Origin: a virus
Strand: one strand, 5' to 3'
DNA: 64,000 bases
Virus record (IMG/VR): IMGVR_UViG_3300003886_000002
The notes under the pieces are model-generated. The model made no database searches and had not been told where the DNA came from. It saw nothing but the letters and a program-made list of their open reading frames with translations. The position numbers were made by a program, and so were the translations under genes. Shown here piece after piece: positions 57,244 through 64,000 of the stretch. Position 1 is the stretch's first letter. The number at the start of each line of letters is the position of its first letter.

Positions 57244-58019
57244 CAGACAACCCCAGATCCGCCGTCACAGACAAACTGCGGTTAGGAGCAGAAGCGTGGC
57301 GGACAAACCACAACATTGCATCACACAACATCGACACACTACTCGACAGCGCCGCCAACGAAATCGAGCAGTTACAGGCAGCACTCGCCCCGTTTGCTGC
57401 GTTGGTGGACATATGCAAGGACCACGATGCTGACGTCGAAATCGGTCCGACCGAATGGGATACGAGATGCACTGTTGGCGATGTCAGGGCTGCACAGTCG
57501 ATCATCGCGGGAGGCAACGACATGAGCAACGACGTGAGTATCGATGAGGTGTGGTGTGTGGTGAACATGGCAACAGGGCAGCGGCGGACTGCCCCGATGA
57601 CCGTCGCTAACGCTCGGCAATGGCTGCGGAGTCAGACAGCGACCGTAGACCCCGCTGGCGATTGGTCGGTGGCCCGCTGGGACACCGCCGCGCACAAGTG
57701 GACCGAGCCCGAACCGGAGCCCGAGCCGACCCCGTATCCGTGGCAGGTGTTGGCCCAAAAGGGCTGTCTCCTTTTGGAATGCGCCACTAAGGCAGACGCG
57801 GTTGCGGAGGTCAGGCGGCTGGACATTGACCGGCCTAGTACCGCACCGCACCGTGTCTGTCACCTCGTGGAGCACACGCCGGGCAAGACGGCCGTGTTCC
57901 TCGATGACAACGATGTGGCCCTTTGGGTCGATCACTTTACCTACCCCGGGGCCGCTATACAGCGGCGTCTTGTCGGGGCGTGCCGTGCTGCACTCGACCA
58001 GGATGATGCAGCAACATGA
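57240..58019 (+). CDS. Apparent two-module fusion ORF (internal RBS plus ATG at 57522)
   Basis: LQAALAPFA module followed by an EPEPEP module paralogous to 58016-58507. Confidence 0.7.
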   Translation: MTDNPRSAVTDKLRLGAEAWRTNHNIASHNIDTLLDSAANEIEQLQAALAPFAALVDICKDHDADVEIGPTEWDTRCTVGDVRAAQSIIAGGNDMSNDVSIDEVWCVVNMATGQRRTAPMTVANARQWLRSQTATVDPAGDWSVARWDTAAHKWTEPEPEPEPTPYPWQVLAQKGCLLLECATKADAVAEVRRLDIDRPSTAPHRVCHLVEHTPGKTAVFLDDNDVALWVDHFTYPGAAIQRRLVGACRAALDQDDAAT

Positions 58020-58686
58020 ATGCAGACGAAACTATTGAGAATGCTCGGATGTGGGCGGCTGTTGACTGGCAGACAGGAGTAACGGAATTTTGGGGTCGTT
58101 CTCTCACTAGGGTACGACAGTGGATCATCGGTCGTGGAGGACGCGACGACTTGCGTGTCGCCCGTTGGGTGGACGGCCAGTGGATCGAACCCGAGCCGGA
58201 ACCCGAGCCGGAGCCGATCCGGTATCCGTGGCTGCTCGTGGATCGCCGCGGCGTCCAGGTGGGAACAGCGTGGGAGATGGAGACATTCGCCAGGCCCGTG
58301 ATCGAGAGTTGGGACAGCCTGCACCCCGCCAACGCACCTCATCGGCTCGCTCGGATCATGGAGCACACGCCGGGCACGATAGTCGTGTCCCTCAGTGACG
58401 AGGACGTGGCTCTCTGGGCCAATCACCGTCCGGACTATCCCGGAACCGCAATACACCGCCTGACGACAGCGTGCCGAGATGCATTTGACGAGGAGGCAAC
58501 GACATGAGCGCTATTAGGTCGTGGACGATCCTATGTGATGGGTGCGACGCCGCTGATGATCTGTCGCTCGGATGGGGTACAGCGCAAGGCAAGCGGGAAT
58601 GGCTCAAGAATAGTGGGTGGTCGGTCAATCGGCCAGGAGGTCATGACTTGTGCCCGAACTGCAATGACGAAGGGGTGACGACATGA
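58016..58686 (+). CDS. Two coupled ORFs (58016-58507; 58504-58686 with CDGC...GW...DLCPNC)
   Basis: ATGA overlaps. Confidence 0.75.
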
Positions 58687-58964
58687 GTATCACTGTCAGA
58701 GTCCCCACCACCCTCCGCACCCTCACCGCCGGTGAACCAGAGGTCAGCGTCGATGGCACGACCGTCGCCGAGGTGCTAGCCGCCCTGGATGCGGCGCACC
58801 CAGGCTTCACCGACAAGCTCTTCGACGATGACTGCAAGCTGCATCGCTTCGTCAACGTCTTCGTCGATGATGACGATGTGCGCTTCCAGCAGGGCCTCGA
58901 CACACCTGTGCCCGATGGTGAGACGCTGTCGATCATTCCCGCGGTGGTAGGAGGCACGACATGA
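58683..58964 (+). CDS. MoaD/ThiS/CysO-family ubiquitin-like sulfur carrier with GG-TT C-terminus
   Basis: VRVPTTLRTLT.G..EV.V.GTTVAEVL..LDA.HPG...LHRFVNVFV...DVRF..GLDT.V.DG..LSIIPAVVGG. Confidence 0.93.
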   Translation: MSITVRVPTTLRTLTAGEPEVSVDGTTVAEVLAALDAAHPGFTDKLFDDDCKLHRFVNVFVDDDDVRFQQGLDTPVPDGETLSIIPAVVGGTT

Positions 58965-61161
58965 GCACTGTAGAAGAAATGTACGGGCCGCAGCATGACG
59001 CTGTTGAGACGCTGATCACACGCGTGGCGGCTCTAACTGCTGACGAAACAAAACGACTAGATGCAACCATAGCTCTAGCCTGGGATACAGCGTGGTACAC
59101 GGCATGGGCTGTCGCTGTAAGAACAACATTGGCCGTAGCCGTAAAGCACAACCGCCACATAGGCATGAACACAGCAGTAGATGCAACTCGGGGCGTAGCC
59201 GTAGATGCTGTCCGGGCATTGATTGTTCGGGATCTCATCACCCCTGACGGGGTTACGCAAGCCCACTACGATTTGCTCACCGGGCCGTGGGCAACCGTGA
59301 TTGGCAAAGTTCATCCCGACGATGAGGCGACAACGTGAGTAACCCTGGGTACGACCGGCTGTGGCGTCCGATGGCCGCTAAGCAGGGCTGCGCCTGTATA
59401 GACGATCGGAAGCCGTGCCCGTACCACGAAGGCTTCGCCCACGCAGCGGAGAAGGCGGAGGCCGAGATCGAACGGCTACGGGCGCTCATAGTGAAGGGTG
59501 CTGACCTGCTCAGCGATGCCCGCTGTGACTTACACGACCCAGCACTCAAGCGGTCGTGGGCAGCGCAGCGCCGTGAGTTCCGCAGGAGCGCAGGAGGTGG
59601 CGACGATGAGTGAACGCACGGAGATGGGTGGTATGGCTCACGCTGACCTACTGACTAATGCAGAACACGAACTGCTTGGGCTGCTCGGATCGTGTTGGAA
59701 CCGCTACGCAGCGATCCTTCGCACCGCTGGTGGCGACGTACAGGGCGACGCTGCTGAGTTCGCATCCCACATCCACGACTTACAGAACGCCGTCATGGCG
59801 CAAGCGGCGGCGCGCGCCTACCCGGACCGCTACCGGTTGGCCGGTTCCACCTTCGCTGCCGCACTCGCAGAAGGTGGCGACGATGAGTGACACACGTGAT
59901 GCCGGTATGGAGCCCCTTGTGTGGGACATCGGAGTCCCGGAAGATGTGCCCCGTGAGATCCAGGCGATGACCGCGATCCACAACGTCTTGTTTCGCCGCC
60001 TGCTCACCAACGAGGAACGGGACAGGGTATTAACATGGGTCGCTGCTTTAGGGGACACGCCGTGACGAGTGACAAGTGTGTCAGATGCGACCTCCCTGTT
60101 GCCACCCAGGATGATTACGACACCATCGCAGAAGGTGGTGGTGATTGGCTGTGCTGGTCAAAGTTCGGGGTTGTCTGTGAGCCAGTGGATTGGCGGGCAC
60201 GGGCCTTGAACGCTGAAGTAACACTCGCACGACTACGGGTTGCGTGTGCCCCATCCCCAAACATGGCATCTACTGCACAGTCTGCATCCGGCATCACCTA
60301 CCAAGAGGACACCCCATGAGTTTCGACACCCATCTCCCTCTCGTCGCATGGATCAGAGTCGTCGCGATCGCGACAGGTCACAGTGAGGACGCGTTGGCGG
60401 CAGTCGCCAACGCGTTCTCAGCGTCACGTCGTGTACGCACCGAATATCACGAAGCTGTGCGGTGGGCACGTCAAGCCGATTACATGCTGGACATCGACGG
60501 TATGGGCATTGAGACGTGGCGTGTCGTTTCGTCTCAGGCGGCAAGCATGGCCGGTGACCATTTGGCAGCAGAGCTACGGGAGGTGACGACATGAACGACG
60601 AGTGTGGAACGTGTAAAGGTGCCGAGTGGGTGTGTGAACAGCATCCAACCCAACCGTGGTCGGGTATGAGCGTGGATACAGCGGCATGCCCGGAAGGATG
60701 TATCGGACCGAGGATGCATTGTGTCTGCAAAACGCAACATGATGCTCACGCCCAAAATACCGCTGATGAACATGAGCGGATGAGGTTCGCTGCGTGGGCC
60801 CGCGGGCGAGGATCGTGGCGTGGCTCCGATTGAGAGTCCATCGCAAACTACATCGAAGGAGATTGTGACGGTGAGTGACAAAACAATAATATGTAGGGGG
60901 AATAATGAAGCGCAGGAGCGACGCATGGAGTACGAGCGCGGTATCGCTGATGAGCGGGCACGATGGGAAAAGATCCTCGACGATGTGCGATTCGGGTATG
61001 TGGAGGCACAGTACACGATGTCCCCCCCGGGGGAAATCGATCCTTATGAATCGGGTGCTATCACAGCATGTGAAGAGATTTGCACCGCATACACAGACCT
61101 GTATGGGGATACCACGAGTCATGTTGCAGGTGCCAACACGACGGTACCCGAATCGTCGTGA
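58961..61161 (+). CDS. Chain of coupled small hypothetical ORFs (58961-59338, 59335-59613, 59606-59890, 59883-60065, 60062-60319, 60316-60594, 60591-60833, 60820-61161)
   Basis: Overlapping stop/start junctions, mostly with GGAGG-type RBS. Confidence 0.7.
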
Positions 61162-61342
61162 TCCCAGTATTGAACGGAGGCAACTACGATGAGTGACATC
61201 CACAAGGGTATTTCACAGACAGGATCGGACATCTGTGTCTGCGGCGCGACCATGGGTGACCCGATCCACGACATGGACGACGGGATCAGCGACCCCGGTA
61301 TGACTGTCGACGAGATCCGAGCCGACCCCGCAGGTGGCGACG

Positions 61343-63966
61343 ATGCCTAGCATAGTGGTCCCCAAGTGGCCGATGGTGACAGTCCTATTCTGTGATCGCT
61401 TCCCGGACGAACCCGCCTATCGCCACGCCCGCAAAGGCGACGTGATCGTGATGCCGTGCCCCGACTGCCAGCCCGGCGACACCGGATGCGAAACGTGCGG
61501 TGTCCCGACAGACACCGAATACGGGGAAGTGCTGATCAGCGCTGGCACGATCAGGGTGCGACTCACCAAGGACCCGGAGCGTGGCAAGAGGTTGGACTCG
61601 GCAGGCAACTTCCGTGACGGCTGGCGCATCGAATGGGACAACGCAGGTGGCATCTACGGTCCGGAGACTGAACAAGTTGAAGCGCTTATTGCCCGCGCCG
61701 CCACCATCACAGAAGACCAAGTGAAGCAAATGAATGCTGTTAGACACGCAACTGAATGCGGGGTATGGGATGCTGCCTGGGATGCTGCCTGGGATGCTGC
61801 AAGGTGCACAACTAGAGAAGTAGCCTGGGGGAAAGCCTGGGATGCCTCTGGGGATGCAGCAACAATGCTTGTTGTACGTGACTTGATCGGTCAACATGGG
61901 TTCACACAAACCCATTACGACACGCTTGTTAGGCCGTGGGCGACAGTGGTTGGCAAAGTTCACCCCGACGACAGGGAGGCAACGACATGAGTATCATGTT
62001 CGTTTCCCCGTCTGATCATCCGGGACCGTTTCCGGGAGCCACGTGCGATGAGTGTATTGACGGTGATCACACCCCTTGCATCAGCAGGGCAGGCATCGAG
62101 CTGATTGAGCCGCATCCCCGGGGCAGCGGCACGTGGTGGCGTCACTGTGACTGTGCAGAATTAGGACACCCCTATCAGGAGGGCGCAACATGAGTGGCAG
62201 GGCAGAACAGACACAGACAGGAAAAATCGGAAGGCTACAAAGCGAACTTGATTTTCACTTGGCACGCATTGCAGCTAAAACAGACCGTGACATGGACCGC
62301 TGCTGGGGCATGTCATCTGACGCGTTGCTACTATTTGCGTCTGGTGGCCCGGAAGTCCCACTACGGAGATACCCGTTTGATGCAGCCGATCTAAATGCGT
62401 GTGTACGCATGTGGGTAATGGCCCCCCTGCATTTGCGTACAAAAATGGATAACACGTTAGACAAAATGGTTCACAAGGTCGCTGGACGATACCCGGATGC
62501 TGCTGTAGCGGCAAAAACCATCATTGACACATCTAGGGGTGAAATCGCTAGAGGTGACACGCCAAGTCCATTCGACTATGACGGCACGTTCGTAGATGTC
62601 GGTCCGGCGCTCTTCGACAGGATTGGGGAGTTGCGTGAAGAATGTGACAGGTACACGGTGTTGCTTGACGAAATCGGGTGGATTTGCACGGAAGTGGCTG
62701 CGTCGATCACGGAAGCCACACAGGGACCTGCAACATGAACGGTACACATAAGGCTCCTAACAGGAAGGGTGTGAGACACGAGTTCGGATGCTTTCATGAT
62801 GAACCAGGCGTTACAGTTTGTACGTGCAAGCCGATCATCTGCCCTGACCCACGGTCGGAATACGAGCTACGCCGGGAACGGCGTAGTCGGATACGACGAC
62901 AAGACCAGATACGACGACAGAACAGGGGTTTTCGATGGACGAGGTGACGACGTTGGCGAGCCGAGTTCATGTCAAGATCGCCGGTGTCGACGATGAGTGA
63001 ACGCGACTGGCTCAACCGCGTCCTGATCGTGGACAGCGACAGCGCTGTGCCCGTCTACCACCGTCATGCAGAGTGGCGCTTATACGACTGGCAGAATCGG
63101 ATCACGCGGACCCTGTGTGGGCGACAAGTCGCGCACACACAGGCCGTTAGTATCCCGGAGCGGCACGCTGCGGGGTTTGCCCGGCCGTGCCGGTCGTGTT
63201 GCAGCGATCGGGATGAGACGAACCCCGGAGGTAGCGACGATGAGTGACTGTGTTTCGTGCGCTGCGAAGGACCAGCAGATCGCAGAACTGTCTGAGGAGC
63301 TAGAAGCAACCGGCTGCAAGTACCACGACATGCACGCGCTAGCAATGTGGGCGTGGCACTACGGGTGGAACGAGGGAGCAGACGCGACCCGTGCAGCGAT
63401 GGTTGAGGCAGTGATGTTATTACGCGTCCCGGTGCGGAGTGCGAGTGTGGATGATCGCCCGGACCTTGTGTCTGTGGTCGAGGAGAAGATCCATGAGTAC
63501 CACTGGCAGGGTGAGGCGGATTACATGAGTGAGTCGAAGCGTCGCGGACGGGCACTGTTCGCACTCGAAGCGATCGCAGGAGGTGGCGACGATGCCTAGC
63601 GCAGTGGTCCCCGAGCAGCCGATGGTGTCGTGCGCCGCTCCCCCAGGATACGACTGCGATCATGACGCACCACAAGAGTGCCGCCCTGCATGCAAGGGCG
63701 ACGTGTGCGAGGTGCCGTGCGACGAGTGCGGCGGCACCGGAGGGGAGGGATGGTCATTCCCCGATGGCACCTTCTACGCATTGCGCTGCCCGCCATGTAG
63801 CGGCATGGGCACGGTCCTGCGCACCCTCACCGCCGACCCGATGGAGGTGCGACGCTGCACCGACCCCACTGCCCTCGACAGGTGGTCCCATGGTGGCGTA
63901 CTGCCCCCTGGCGACCTTGATGGCTGGCTCATCGAGTGGGACGCAGGAGGCAACGACGATGAGTGA
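61343..63966 (+). CDS. Chain of small hypothetical ORFs (61343-61990, 61987-62193, 62190-62738, 62735-62947, 62992-63247, 63240-63599, 63592-63966)
   Basis: Mostly overlapping junctions; 61343 shares its N-part with 63592 and its C-part with 58961. Confidence 0.7.
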
Positions 63967-64000
63967 CATCCTGACAGCGATGATTGCAGACGCCTTGCTG

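Noticed and set aside
1-64000. tRNA or rRNA genes, integrase, transposase, alternative genetic code
   Set aside because: None recognised by eye, and long genes translate intact with the standard code. tRNAscan-SE or ARAGORN would be needed to exclude atypical tRNAs.

Overview
64-kb segment of a large tailed dsDNA phage, about 60% GC by eye. The host is probably actinobacterial, judged from actinophage-type portal/protease genes, CGAAC-N4-GTTCG LexA boxes and host-like MoaD/CysO and Ssd/CpaE-like genes. 1-9.8 kb (minus strand) holds a portal with two inteins, a 1208-aa 2H-phosphoesterase/head-maturation-protease fusion, and a metallophosphoesterase with two more inteins that the ORF track missed. 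9.8-21.3 kb carries DNA metabolism genes: HIRAN, SSB, two HNH, RecB/Cas4-like nuclease, deoxyribonucleotidase, DnaB-N/AAA helicase, VRR-NUC and a DNA methyltransferase. 21.5-36.3 kb is a presumed early region built from repeated promoter-RBS-small ORF cassettes, with SOS boxes, ArdA, a CCA-adding enzyme plus HAD phosphatase pair, and at least three cassettes that appear to express structured non-coding RNAs. 36.3-55.2 kb has an HTH replication initiator with internal iterons, a beta-clamp, a Gam-like protein, a DUF932-like protein, a ParB-methyltransferase with an altered catalytic motif, and a second promoter class. 56.3-64 kb is a translationally coupled chain of small mosaic ORFs joined by a conserved junction motif, including a ubiquitin-like protein with a masked di-glycine. 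All calls come from motif recognition by eye; no database searches were run.
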